Origin: Geosiphon pyriformis uo1
Taxonomy: Eukaryota; Fungi; Glomeromycota
Assembly: GCA_016748015.1 (NCBI GenBank)
Contig: JAAOMT010000760.1
Coordinates: forward strand, 167,609-231,608
Length of the DNA: 64,000 nucleotides
Direction of reading: 5' to 3'
Numbering within the stretch: the stretch's first letter is position 1; each line of letters starts with the position of its first letter. The translations under genes and the position numbers were made by a program. Below the pieces are notes generated by a model. That model was not told where the DNA came from and made no database searches. It saw only the letters and a list, made by a program, of their open reading frames with translations. Shown here in pieces: positions 25,944 to 39,193 of this stretch.

Positions 25944-28127
25944 CAGTTAGACTTCCATAAAAGAACCCTCAATAAAAGAACAACTTCTTACAAAAAACAT
26001 TTTTTTATAGAACTAATTAATTAACAATTTTTCTTTTATATAAAAACAATTTATAAAAGAGTAAGAACATAATTTTATCAAACATTTATTTAAAATTTAC
26101 CTTTATATAAGAACAAATATTATGTGCTAAATGTTAATTAGTAATTGGAAAAAAAGTTAGAACATATTGAATTGATTTTATTTTAAATTAATTTATATTA
26201 GACTTACTTTTTTTTGGTTTTGTCTATTTTTATATACAGCTACTTAACTCCTATTGTATTCTAATTCAAGCTTGTTAAAACCAAATTTAATATTATCATT
26301 ATAGGCATATTTTCTAATAAACTTGCTAAATTATTACAATATTAGAACCTTTATTCAAAAAACAAAAATGAGTAATAGTTAATAATGCTTTTTATAAAAA
26401 AATTTGTCAATATTCCAAAAATTACTATAACATAAAACATAATAATATTGTAGCTTACTTCAATCATAAATATCCAAAACTTTATATTTTTTGTCCAACT
26501 GTTTTCAAGATAATCAAAAAGCATACAAAGTGATTGAATATTAAAATTGATAAAATCTCAAAAAAATCTATTTGACACAAAAACATTAAATTTTTATTAT
26601 TAGATCAAGTTTTAAGTTATGGGTAAAACAAATAATTGCAGTTACTATTGAATTTAATAATCAATTAATTAAAAAAAAAAATTTGCTAAACTTCTTAGTA
26701 TGCACGAAAATGAAATATAATTCTTAAATAGATGTGTTTAAAAATTCAAAAAATAAAACCAATTATGTATTTACCAATTTCATAGTAAAGCAGAAAGTAT
26801 ATCAACTAAAAGTTTATCAGAAGAATAAAAAAATTAAAAACTATTATATCCAAATTTGATCTTGCTGACATATATAATGCTAACAGAATTATTTTTTATA
26901 TGAAACCAAATTAAATACTTGCAAAATATTGAAATACAGAAAAAAAATTGGTATATTATATTTACTAATTATTATCATTATATGTTATTGTTATATTAAA
27001 TTAATTGGGTCTTTTATAGGATAAATCTTGAATTACAATTTTTTTTGCTACAAATTCAAGTAGATCTTACAAATTGCAATCTTTAATAATTAGATATGCA
27101 AAAAATCCAAAATGCTTTAAAGAAATTAATACTTTTAATCTACTTATAATTTACAAATTTAATTACAAAGCATGGTTGCACTCAAATATATGGAAAACAT
27201 AACTCAAATATATAAATAAAGACTTTCAAATTCAAAATTAGTATATATTACTTTAGTTAATAATGCAACTTCTTATTATACTCAAATTAGGAAAGATTTA
27301 TTCCAATTAATTAACATTACTTTGCACTATTTTTCTTTAAATACAATATTACATCTTTAATCAATAAATTCTGGCATTATGAAATTTTTCAAAAACAAAT
27401 ATAAGCATTTATATTATCAACATATTTTATATCAATTTGAACAAAAAATTAATATTGAATAGTTAAGTAATATAATATATACAGTATTATTATTATTATT
27501 ATATATTATATATTATATAATTTTATTTAATATTAATTTATTTTTTAGAAATAAATTAAACATAAAACAAGTAATTGATTATGTTATTCAATCATGGTTT
27601 CAAGTAACATCTGTTATAATTTAAAACTGTTGACAAAAAACGAATATTTTTTTCTATAATTAAGAATTAGAAATTCAAGAATCTAAAACATTAATTACTA
27701 TAGATATATTTAACAATTTATCATTAAATACATAACAATTGATCAAAAATCGAATTATTAACAACTGAAAATATTTTTGATAATAATGAAATTGTAAATA
27801 TGGTTTTAGTCAATGCTCAAATTGAAACCAATACAATTAATGATTCAAAAAAAGAATTAAAAGAATTTCACTTGTTATAATTACAATTACAGAAACATAT
27901 AAAACATTGAAAAGCAATTAGTAAATGAAAATTTTAATATAGAAAACCAAAATTTACTTTGAAAAAAATTATATGAATACAAAAAAATAAAGAAAAATTC
28001 TAAAAAATAGATAAAAATTAATCAATATTTTAATAATAATAATAATTAATTGATTTAATAAATAAATATAGTTTATTTGATAATAATTTGCATATTTCAA
28101 CTATGTTTTTTTATAAAAATCTAATTG
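25944..28127 (+). mobile_element. pogo/Tigger-like DNA transposon with decayed CENP-B HTH + DDE_1 transposase (~26368-28033)
   Basis: 23-bp TIRs CAGTTAGACTTCCATAAAAGAAC and (rc) CAATTAGATTTTTATAAAAAAAC, TA on both sides. Decayed motifs KFKK*NQL..FHSKAES, DIYNAN, NPKCFK..YKAW, LVNNATS, NT..HL*SINSGIM; C-terminal K*IKINQYF is PIP-box-like. Confidence 0.85.
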
Positions 28128-28304
28128 TATATAGCAAAAGTATTAGAAACCAAAAAAACAGACCATCTTAAAAACAAACAAGCTTAATTAAAAACCAATC
28201 TAGTTTTTTATTACTATTTCAATTAATAAATCCAATATTTAATAACTATATTTATTTAATAAATATATTAATTAATTATATCTAAAGTTATTGTTATATA
28301 AATT

Positions 28305-31300
28305 TTTTTTTTATTTCATTTTACAAGTGAGATCCAAACACTACCTAGTATAATACATTAACAACTAATCTAAACTAGACATGAATCATGCATTTTCTAT
28401 ACATGACCAGCCACTTGGGCTGATCAGAACCACACTAAGTGCCTATATGTACTAAGACTGAATCCCCAACACCTGAGAAAAACAAACAAGACTTACGAAA
28501 TCCAAAACCAATACCAATTGCCTTAGTAATACTCAGCAACTTAACAATACCTACAAAAAGCTCCGCAGGAAGCCCTGTAACCAAAACTGAAGCTGAACCA
28601 TCACATAGTATCATCCCACTTTTCTCCATGTAGGCATGATGCTTAGCACAAACCAACCAAACTTTGTCCCTAAAAGTAAGACACAAGTTACATACAAATT
28701 CTATAATTCTCTGACCAGCTATTTTGGCACCTCCAAAAACAGATGTAGCTTCCCAAAGCCATTCTTTAAAAACAAAGCCCTTGCAAAGAGCTGTGCAAAC
28801 TGCAACATTTAAGGTACAAGCAAACAGGAATTGAGAAACACTTAAAAAAGAGACAGAAAGACCAGAAAGTGCACTCCAAACAATAACATGGGCATCCAAC
28901 AAGTTACAATAAACAGAATTATCAATTACACATGAAAAAACGTAATTAGAAACCTTAATCTCACCACAATAAGACACAGCACACTGGAGTAGTATCTGTT
29001 ATACAGTCACTTCCAAACAGCAACTGGCAGCTAATAGTGTAAAGCTTTCATAAAATATGTGCAAGTGCCAGCCATAGATTTACTGGTAAAGCCAGCAGTC
29101 ATATGCAAATCTGGATGCCACACCAATGACAATTTAAGTCAATCAACATTCAAGTACAGACTATTATCCAAAACCCTAGAACTTAAACCAACCTCTCAGC
29201 ATACATGAAAAACAGATCTAAAGACCTCATGAACAAAATGTCTAGAATTACCAAAAATGACATTTCTACCAGCTAAAATACGACACTCCTTTACATGAAG
29301 AATAAAACACCAGGAAGAGAGAAATGCCGCATCAGCAAGTGCATCAGCATGTTTGTTATCCACGACACCCAAATAACTTTTTATCTTGTGCCAGTTAACA
29401 CTTAAATCTTTTTTTCTAATAATGTTTACAATGTGCTAATGTTCAATCCAACAGTGATTCCAAAAATCTGGATAAACAAGACCTAATTCCAATTTGCACA
29501 CATTCAAGACAGCTTGATTGTCCATAAAGACACTAACTGAGCAATTAGAAGGAACACACTCAAAAACCAATGTAATGATCTGCAATTCAGCCAAAATAGA
29601 AGACATTAAACCAAAAACTCTGACCCCCAAACTCAGACTTATATTCTCAAAAAAGACCATAGCATTAGCTCTCATGTCAATACTTCCTAAGCCCTTTAGA
29701 GATCCATCTGTATAGACAGAAAAGCTGTCAGTCTCAAAACCTAACAACTGACCAGAAATCAATCCAAACTTACTAGATTCTAAAATATCAAAAGGTTCAG
29801 TGACACCTACAAAAAAAAACAGGCAGAGGAAAAAGCAATACCCTCAAGAAAGTTAACAGAAAGTCTAAACCATTCAGGAATAGGGCCACATAAATTCAGC
29901 TTTTTCTAATACTTGAATGTCCTCCAATCAAAAACAGCTCCATTTTTACCATGGAGCTGTTCAATAAAAGCAATACCATATCTTTGAAGGGACAGAAGAA
30001 ACTTAAAGTAACCAGTCTTGCCAAAAACAGACAACATAGAAGTTCCACCATAAAAATGGAAAGAATTGTTCACATGATCATTCAAAAACAGACCATACCC
30101 AAAAAAAATGCAAACCATACCTGCCAAAAATTTATTAGAAGCACTGATTTTGATATGAGCTGAGAACATCAACAAGTGAAGTAAACTCCAAGACAAAACC
30201 TGCAAGTCATATGATCTGTGCAAAAACAACCAACCCAAAATCTCAACAGAGTTTGCAAAGCACATAACAAAAGCAACCTTACTTTCAGCTTGGACTTGCT
30301 CAAAAGTTTTCAAACCATACAATAAAGAATGATAAAGTGCATCATTGGAAAAATTGAGAAGTAGACTAAACTTCAGTTTTAAGCCTCTGTAAATCAAAGA
30401 ATTCCACTTATTATATACACCAATAGGAACAAAAATAAACCATGTTCTGTAGCTGACAATAGAATAAAAAACTGCCAACACCAGATACGAAAATTGTTTG
30501 TCAAAAATAGTCTTTCTTAGAACCAAATTGGTAAAAAACTTAACATTAGAATTTGCCTTAGCCAGACTAGGCTTCAACAAACTCTTAGTCAATAAAAATA
30601 TCTCCAAATAGTGATAAGACTCTTCTTTCTTGGCAATGAATATAGATAAATCACTGATAGACAACTTAGGACATGTAATTCTGCAATTAATAAGAATTAC
30701 CACTGTCTTGTTATTGTTAATAAAAATGTCATTGATTCGAAAAAACTTATTAACAACATTGAAAATGTGTTGGATTGCAGCTTGGCTGCTACCAATCTAG
30801 ATTGTGTTATCAACAAAAGCACTAGCAGCAAGAAAAAACATCAATCCAGTTTAAGATTCTATATAACCAGATCTGGCAACAAAATAAAAGTTCAGCCTAT
30901 AATTACATATACTTTCCTGTTTTTTAACTTCACACAAAAGAGGATTATAAAATATACACCAAAAAAGTGGTGAGAATACCTTCTTCTGATCCAAACTATT
31001 ATGTACTTGATATCTATTTGTCAGACCAAAATCTGTTATCACTCTATTAACACAACCATTGTGAATGTTACCAAAAAATCTAATAAACTTGTTGCACATT
31101 TTTATTCTGAATAAACTGTTCCTAAGATGTTCCCACCTAACAGAGTTATAAGCCTTTTATGTTTTGCAAGACCAACCAAAGTTCATGGTTTTTTTCCAAG
31201 ACATTCTTAATAACTAAACCTATGACAAAAATAAGAGATTGTGTTGTTGTACCCTTTAGAACCGAGAAATTATTCTCATACAAGATGTTAAAAAAGCTGC

Positions 31301-33276
31301 ATGCCAAAAAAATTCTGTCCGAGAAAATTTTGAAAAGGATTTTACAGGTGGTCTTGATTAAAGCAATAGGTTAAGTGTTTGTAAAAACTCCCTTCCACTC
31401 ATATGGTTTTGGAATTATTGATATTCAAGCTTTTTTCCAAGTACTAAGCACTAACTCATGAGACAAACAGAAGTTCAAAAGCACCAAAAGCATATTCAAG
31501 ACCAATTTGTCATAATACTTCTAAAGCTTGTTTGACACCCCAAAAAAATCAGCAGTTTTGCTATCAGACAGATTAAAAATCACTTCAATTAGCTCATCAA
31601 AACTAACTGAACACATTACAGTTGAAAAAGCATCATTAAAAACATACTCCAAAGACCAATATTAACAAGACCAATCACCAAAAAAATTCTTCATCATACT
31701 ACACTTCCTGGTCTAACCTTCTATGATAACATCAACTTTGGTCTTAACTAGGTCAGGTTCCAGAATCAGTTTATCTTCAACCACCAGATGGTCCAAAACC
31801 ACTTTTCAAAAAAGACATTCCAGCACACTTCTAATTGTATTACCTTTGTTGACTGCAAAATTCTCCATCTGCTTATCAATAGCTGACCTTATTCTTGATT
31901 TTTTAGCTCGTAAAAACTCAGCAAGCTTGGAGGCATGATATGTTTTTTACATACTGAAAAAAACCAAACACACTTGATCAAAACCCACACCAAAGTTCAC
32001 AATTTCTTGCACAATTGAAGCTTTAACACTGTTCAAAGAATTCCAGTAGTCCATAAAAAAAGTGAACTTATCAACATCTTCCTTATAAAAGGCCTTAGTA
32101 ATCTTTAAGACCAAAAGCTCCAGCTTATGAAACCTAGAAGATTCCTTAGTAAAAATACTATCAAAGCTCTTAAACTATTTCTTTTTGAATATCTCATTAG
32201 CTAAAAGTGTCATAATCTTGCAAATCATATCTCACATCACATCCAAGTCCAAAGATTGTTTGGAGGCAGTAAAATTATCAGAGAACATAGCAGCATTGGC
32301 TGCTGTAGTATCTTTAAACTTGTTTTACTTTACATTATCAGCCTCTTTAAAATCAAACTTCCAGCAATCCTTATTTGCCTGCCTACAAAGAGAATTTAAC
32401 TGAATATTCAGCAAACTGCTCAGACCTACTGACACAAAAACAGCTTGATGATCAGTATCAAAGTGATTCCTAACATCTATGACATCGCGATCTACTACTA
32501 CATTAACTAAATTTAATGAAACCAATACATAATTAATTGTTTTTTGAATTTCTCCATGTATGGCATTTTATGATCAAACTATCCATTAAAGAATTGACTA
32601 GCCCCAAATTGATATGTTTTTTAAAACTAGCACACTTTTGCAAACCATCTTCATTGAAGTTACTACCAAGGACAATAAAAAAAGATTCATTAACAGTCTT
32701 TGTAATAAGAGAGTTGATTTTACCAATCTGTAAAAACTGAATTCCAGATAAAACACCAGTGTAAAGCCCCAAGACTAACACAGAAAGTTTATTTTTGAAA
32801 AAAAATCTAATAGATAAGAGCTGACTAGGCACTTCAAAAACCTTATACACATGTTTTGTCAAAGAAGAGTTTATAACAATGACAATACCAGAACCCAAAT
32901 ATTCAGAATCCAAACCAGAAGTAAAAACACAGACACCATTAAACTTATTAGCAATCCACAGATGAACTTTACTTCTCAACTTAGTTTCTGTAATATTGAA
33001 ATCAAATTATTCATGTCCATATGCCAATGGACAATATTTTCCTGTTTTGTAGAATTGTTCATGCCCCGAACATTACACATAGTAATTTTCCAAATTAAAT
33101 CAATTATTAAGATGAAAAGAGAGTCAATAAACCCATATCAGAACACAGATGGTTCAACCTTCCTAAAACTGAATAAATTGAAGTCTCTAAAGCCACTATT
33201 TTGGATTCTAATCTACCCACTTTAGTAGTTAGAACCTTAGAACTATTAGAGCTGAAATCAGCCATCAAGTTCAAAC
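28305..33276 (-). mobile_element. LINE-D, 5'-truncated (ORF2 28435-33107 plus last ~55 codons of ORF1)
   Basis: Conserved 3' tail 28322-28434, ORF2 motifs, B-like ORF1 end (VLTTKVGRLESKIVALE). ATAAATTT on both flanks, and the flanks rejoin in the inverted copy at 37400-38135. Confidence 0.92.
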
Positions 33277-33554
33277 ATAAATTTATATTTAATTTGTTAA
33301 AATTTAATTTATTTATATTAATGCTATTAGTATTTATAATACATACTTAATAATACTAAAACAATAACTTTTAATTATAATTATTAATAAAATATTAATT
33401 TTTATTTTATTATTTTTTTGTTTGGTTTTTTGTTTTATTAATTGATTAAAAAAAAATACCAAAATTATAATATTAAGAATTGTTTAATAAAAAACATCAA
33501 AAAAGAGCATAAATATAGTCATAAAAATTAAAATTACTTATAAAAAAAATATAA

Positions 33555-33607
33555 ATGCCAAAATAAATTAGTTATGATGCCAAAATAAATTAGTTATGAT
33601 GCCAAAA
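33555..33607. repeat. Perfect 22-bp tandem duplication (ATGCCAAAATAAATTAGTTATG x2.4)
   Basis: Read directly; single-copy in the homologous inverted arm near 37520-37560. Confidence 0.85.
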
Positions 33608-34200
33608 GTTAAATATTAAGTATTATCTATTATTACAATAATTTTTGTTTATTATACAAAAAACTTTATTATTAAAATTTTTAGAAAATTTTTAAATTAT
33701 AGCAATAATTAATTTAAGTATTAAGTTATAAAAAAATCTATATAATTTATAAAAATATTATAATAACATACTTATTAAAAAATATTGCTATGTAATTTTT
33801 TAACAAATTGATTCAAAATTTGAAATATTATATAATAATTAGCATAAATAATAGTAAAAGTATTCTAAAAATATAGTAATTTTTTTGTTATTTTTTTGTT
33901 TAATAGTATTAAAATGTTTTTGTAATTAAATAATATTATTATAATTATTAAAATAACACAAAAATATGGTTTTAAATTTATTGATTAATATAAATTTAAT
34001 AATAAAACTTTAGTATTATAAATTGATTATATTTTATAAAAAATATAAAATCATTTAAAAAACTTTAATATTATTCTAATTATTAATAATAATAGCTTTT
34101 TTTATACTATTAAATTATATTTAAGCATTATTTTTTTTACTAATAAATTTTTTTATTTAAAATATATGCTATTAGTACTATTAATAAGAAAAATACATAT

Positions 34201-36482
34201 TTTTTTATTATTATTTTTAACGAGTGAGACCCATATACTACCTAAAACTATGATACCACAGAAGGAATTATATTATAAGTGTAAATCATGTGTTTTCTAC
34301 ATGTGATCAGACACTCGGCCCAATTAAGAACTCACTATGCTAAATCAAAAGTAGGTAAAAATAACCTCAATCCACAAATTCTCTTAATGATACCATTCAG
34401 ATTTCTAGAGTCAAAAATAAACTTACTAAGAAACAATCTAGTAGACTCAATATTGCCCCTGGTCTCAGCACCAGACATCTGCCACAAAGTGATAACACAT
34501 TCAATAGTGTTCTCACTTAAAAAAAAAGGCTTAACAGCCAGCATATTATCATAATTTATATCACCAAAGTCAATTTCAGATCTAAGCCAAACAATGTCCT
34601 TGGAAACTCTGACCATAAGGTTAGAGAAATTGTTAGCAGCACTTTTCATGGAAATGATATCTTTCTCAACCTGAACAGTCTTAACAGCATTATCATCAAG
34701 AAGATGAGACACCAAAGCAACCAAAAAACCAACAGACTCAACAATAGACTTAACCAGAGCAGCCAAATCCGAAATCTGCTTTTCCAAAGAGTCTAATCTG
34801 GAACCAACAGCAAGATCAGCAGCAGAAGCAGCCAAAGGAGCCACTAAAGGAGAAAACTCAGAAAGACCAGAAGGAGCAGCAGTCTTGGCATATAAAGCAG
34901 AACTCACAAAACAAAACTTGAAAACCTTGAGAATCTTGGGAGTGGAAGGTGGAGAAATCTTGCAATCCATGGCCAGATGGCCCATTTTTTGACACCTAAA
35001 GCAGCGCTGGCAGCCAGGAGTTTTCCACCAGATACAGCATTTCTTTAGAGTACTAGTCTTGATTACAGCAGAACCCAAATCACTTTGAGAGTCAAATGTA
35101 ACCAAAGCAAACTGGGAACAATGACCAGAATCAGGAGAATGAGGAATGAAACATGTTCGACCACCAATCTGAGAAATCATATTACTAATTTCAAAGGCAG
35201 TACAGCCAGAGGAAAGGTTGACCAATTTGGTCTTAAACTTATCATGAGACAAAATAGTCTCATTTTGATTTACCAGAGGGAGGATTCTAACACTATCCTT
35301 GCCCATTAAGACTGACCAATGCTTCAAGACAGACACAGCAGAGTCCAACTTTTCAAAATAAACCACCACATACTGCCAAATGCCAGCAGGCTTCAACACA
35401 ACACGAGTGACACTACCAAATACATTGAGAGCCAACTTAATGTCAGCAGCAGACACACCCAAAGGTACATCACGCAGCACAATAGTAGCAGAAGAGGAAC
35501 CAGATTCAGAAACCACCAAAGACTTGGCAATTTTGAGATTGGCCAAACGAACAGAACTTGTAAGCTCAACTAGAAATGCAGCTTTCAAAGACTGTTGAGA
35601 AGCAAACTCCATACAGAAAAGCTTTACATTGTCTTTTGAAACAGATTTAGCATCCAAAAAACCATGCACAGACTAAAAAACAGTCTTAACATGAGCCAAT
35701 TTGATCTTAAAAGTAGCACCAGGCACTAGAGTAAAGGCCATTCACCCAGCAAACTTTTGACAACTAGTAATAGTTTTCCAAGCACCACCAGAAGTAGCAC
35801 CAGAAACTAGAGGAGGAGATGAATCAGTTTCTATTTGATCAGCCCAGTTTCCAAGAACAGGTGATCCAACAGGAGGAGATTGTTTTGTTTCTACAACTGG
35901 TGATGATCTGCCAGAAGACACCATATTTGACAACACAACCAGTGATTGATCTTGGCCTATCTTGGATAACGTGCTAGATAATGCTATGGAAATCTCATCT
36001 AAGATCTCATTGGGAACCACAAAGGGGTTCAGTATAACAATAGCAGAGGCAAGCGACTGCCCCTACTTTTCTGAACCTTTGGTCTTTTTGACCATTTTTT
36101 TTGAAGAAGAAGTGCTAGCAGCACCAGATGTTAAAGCTATGGAGAGAAATACCAGCTTATTTACTAGTCTATTATTAAAAACTTTTGGGCTCTTGGTTGG
36201 GGTGGAGGCAACACTGAGACTAATCCAGGTGTGTCTCTTTGAGAGGACTTTGACTGGTGAGAAACCAGCCAAAGATGAGAAAGTTGCTTTAGTGGCTACC
36301 AAAGGCAGCTTATTATGATTACTGAGTAAGGGGAAGACTTCTAAAACGTTTTGTCTAGTTGCTTTTACAACAGAGAGAGCTCCTTTGGTTGAAATTTTAT
36401 TAGATATCTCAGGACAGATATCAGGTGCAGCTTTTTTACTCTTTGCTCTGGTCATGGTCATAAAATTAAGGAGACAAAGAGT
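34201..36482 (-). mobile_element. ORF1-only non-autonomous retroposon, best copy (E)
   Basis: Single ORF1-type frame, LINE-type 3' tail 34219-34334, A-rich tail. TSD core AAAAATACATAT at 34189-34200 and 36492-36503. Confidence 0.92.
34335..36461 (-). pseudogene. 708-codon ORF1/gag-like protein (RRM-like x2, CFRCQKMGHLAMDC knuckle, coiled coil, extra C-terminal domain)
   Basis: ORFs 36063-36461, 35742-36020 and 34335-35669 share one frame. It is broken only by three stops: 36063 and 35742 (probable TGG) and 35673 (probable CAG). HWSVLMGKDSVRI aligns with LINE ORF1 EWSILIGKDAVHV. Confidence 0.9.
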
Positions 36483-37399
36483 TTCTAATGTAAAAATACA
36501 TATATTAGTAATTAAATTAATAATATTGTAATAATAAGTAGTATTAATAATAAATTTATTAATATAATTAAATCTATTAGATTTTAAATTAAAATTTGAA
36601 TTTTCAGAGTTTTAAAAACAATGATTTAAAATAAAAATTTTTTTTATTTGTGTTTTAATTTTAATTTTTTTTTCTGAATTAATGTTTTTTTAATTATGAT
36701 AAAAACTAAAATTAAGTATTATTAATAATAATTATAATAATATTAATATTAATAATTTTAATTAAAAATTTTTAAAGTATTTTTTATATTCTTCTAATAA
36801 ATTGTTATTTTTAAGATGATTTTGAAAAATAAGTTTAAGTCTTATTATAAATACATAATTTTTAATAAAATTTAAACAATATTATCAGATATATAATAAT
36901 ATAATAGTTTTAATAATAAAATAACTTGGAGTTTTTTTTATGATAATAGAATTATTTTTTGAATATTACAATTAAAGTTTGTATTAATAAATTAAATCAG
37001 AAATTTTTTGTAATAAATAAAATTTTTTTAATATATTTGTAGATTCTAAATAAATTTTAGCAAATATATTCACAAAATTATAAGATTAATAATAGTTAAA
37101 GTGTTTTTTAATAGCTTTATAAAAATTAGCTTTTGCAGTTTTTATGTTAATTAGTTTTTTTATACTGTATTTAATTCTTTTATTAACATAAAAATTAAAT
37201 ATAAATTTGATTAAAAAATAGTTAAAAAATAATTTTAAATCTTTTTAAAAATATTTATATAGTAATTTTATAAATTTTAAATAATTGGTTTTTGTAAATT
37301 TTAATTTTGCTATTTTTATTGATTGTTATTAATTGGTTTGTTTTCTGTAAATTAAATTTTATAGAAAACATTAAATATTATAAATATATTTTAGATGTT

Positions 37400-38135
37400 A
37401 TAAATTTTCTATAATTTGGTATTTAAATTAATTATTGCTATAATTTAAAGATTTTAAGTAATAAAATTCTTTGTATAATAAACAAAAATTCAATAAAATA
37501 GTAAACAATACTTAATATTTGACTTTTTTAATATTATAATTAGTTTATTTTGGTATTCACACTTTTTTAATAAGCAATTTTGGTTTTTTTAATTATATTT
37601 ACATTTTTTTTTAATATTTTTTATCAAATAATCTTTAATATTATAATTTCAATACTTATTTTTTAATTAATTAGTAAAAACAAAAAAAATAAATAAAAAA
37701 ATAAAAATTAATATTTTATTAATAGTTATAATTAAAAGTTATTATCCTAATATTAATAATATCAATATAAATAAATTGAATTATAATCAAATTAAATATA
37801 GATACATAAAATAATAACTTTAAATATGATTAATTAATATATTTATTAAATAATTATAGTTATTAAGTATTAAATTTATTAATTAAAATAATAATAGAAA
37901 ACTAGACTAATTTTTAATTAAGCTTGTTTATTTTTAAGCTGATTTGTTTTTTTGGCTTTTAATACTTTTACTATATATCTATAAATTTTTATAATATAAG
38001 ATTTTTATAATTTTTAGAATTCTTATTGGTATTTCTAGAATTTTTGATATTATATATTCTAATAATTTTTTATCTTATTATTGGTTATTTATACTATTAT
38101 TATTATTTTGTTTTTTTATATAAGTAATGATATGC
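37400..38135 (-). repeat. Inverted copy of an old unclassified repeat; other copy is ~25845-25943 + 28128-28304 + 33277-33740
   Basis: Reverse complement aligns continuously across the pogo and LINE-D insertion points. Confidence 0.8.
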
Positions 38136-39193
38136 TTTAAATAAAATACTGTTTTTAAAAAAGATTTAAAATCTAAAACAAAGTTATTTAAAAAATTTTC
38201 TAATAAAATTATTTATTATTTGTTCTTTTATAATTTAAAACTATATAAAAAAATTTAAATAAAAAGCAAGATAGTTTTTATAATGTAATTTTTAAATATA
38301 AAAAATATTTTTAACAGCTTTTTTAACTACTACAGTCTAAATTTATAAATATTTAATTGAATTTTAATATATTTATTTTTATATTTAGTCAAATTATGCT
38401 TAAATTTCAAAAACAATTTTTTTTGGCTTAATAAATATCTTTTTTAACTATAAAGTTTCTTTTATTAATAATTTGTTTAATGTTTTTTGCTATTATAAAA
38501 AGTGTTTTTTTAGTATATTATTTTTATTTTAATTATGATTGAGTTTTTTAATTTTATTTATATAATAATAATAATAATAATAATATAATGATAAAAGCTT
38601 TTTTATTAATGTTGTAATATAAGTTATTTTTCAAATTCTGATTGTTATATATATTAATATACTTTTTTTAAAAACTAATCTAAAATTTATTCACTATTAA
38701 TAAAATTTTTTTTGTAATTTCTTAAAGTATTTTTTTAATTTAGAAACATAAAATATTAATAATTTTTAGTATTTTTTCTAATTTTAACAATAAAATTTTT
38801 ATTAATTAATAATAATATAAATAATTTTAATTAAAAATTATTCTTTTAAAAAATTTAGTTAATAAATAATAATTTTATTTAATAAATAATATAAGTAAAT
38901 TTTTTAATACTTTTTATTATAATAATTTAGTTTTTAATATTATTTTCTATTTCTTTTTAATTAAAATTTTTTTGGATATTTATTTAAAAATAAAGACTAA
39001 AAATAATTAAATAGAAAATAAAAACTTGAATGATTGTTTTTTTAATATTAAAACTATTGTATATATATATGTTTATAATTCTATAAGAAATATATTATAA
39101 TTTTTTTTTAATATTTCAATATAGTATTTGTTATTGTTATAAAATAATATTTATTATTATTATAAAATAATATTTATTGTTAATACTATTTAG

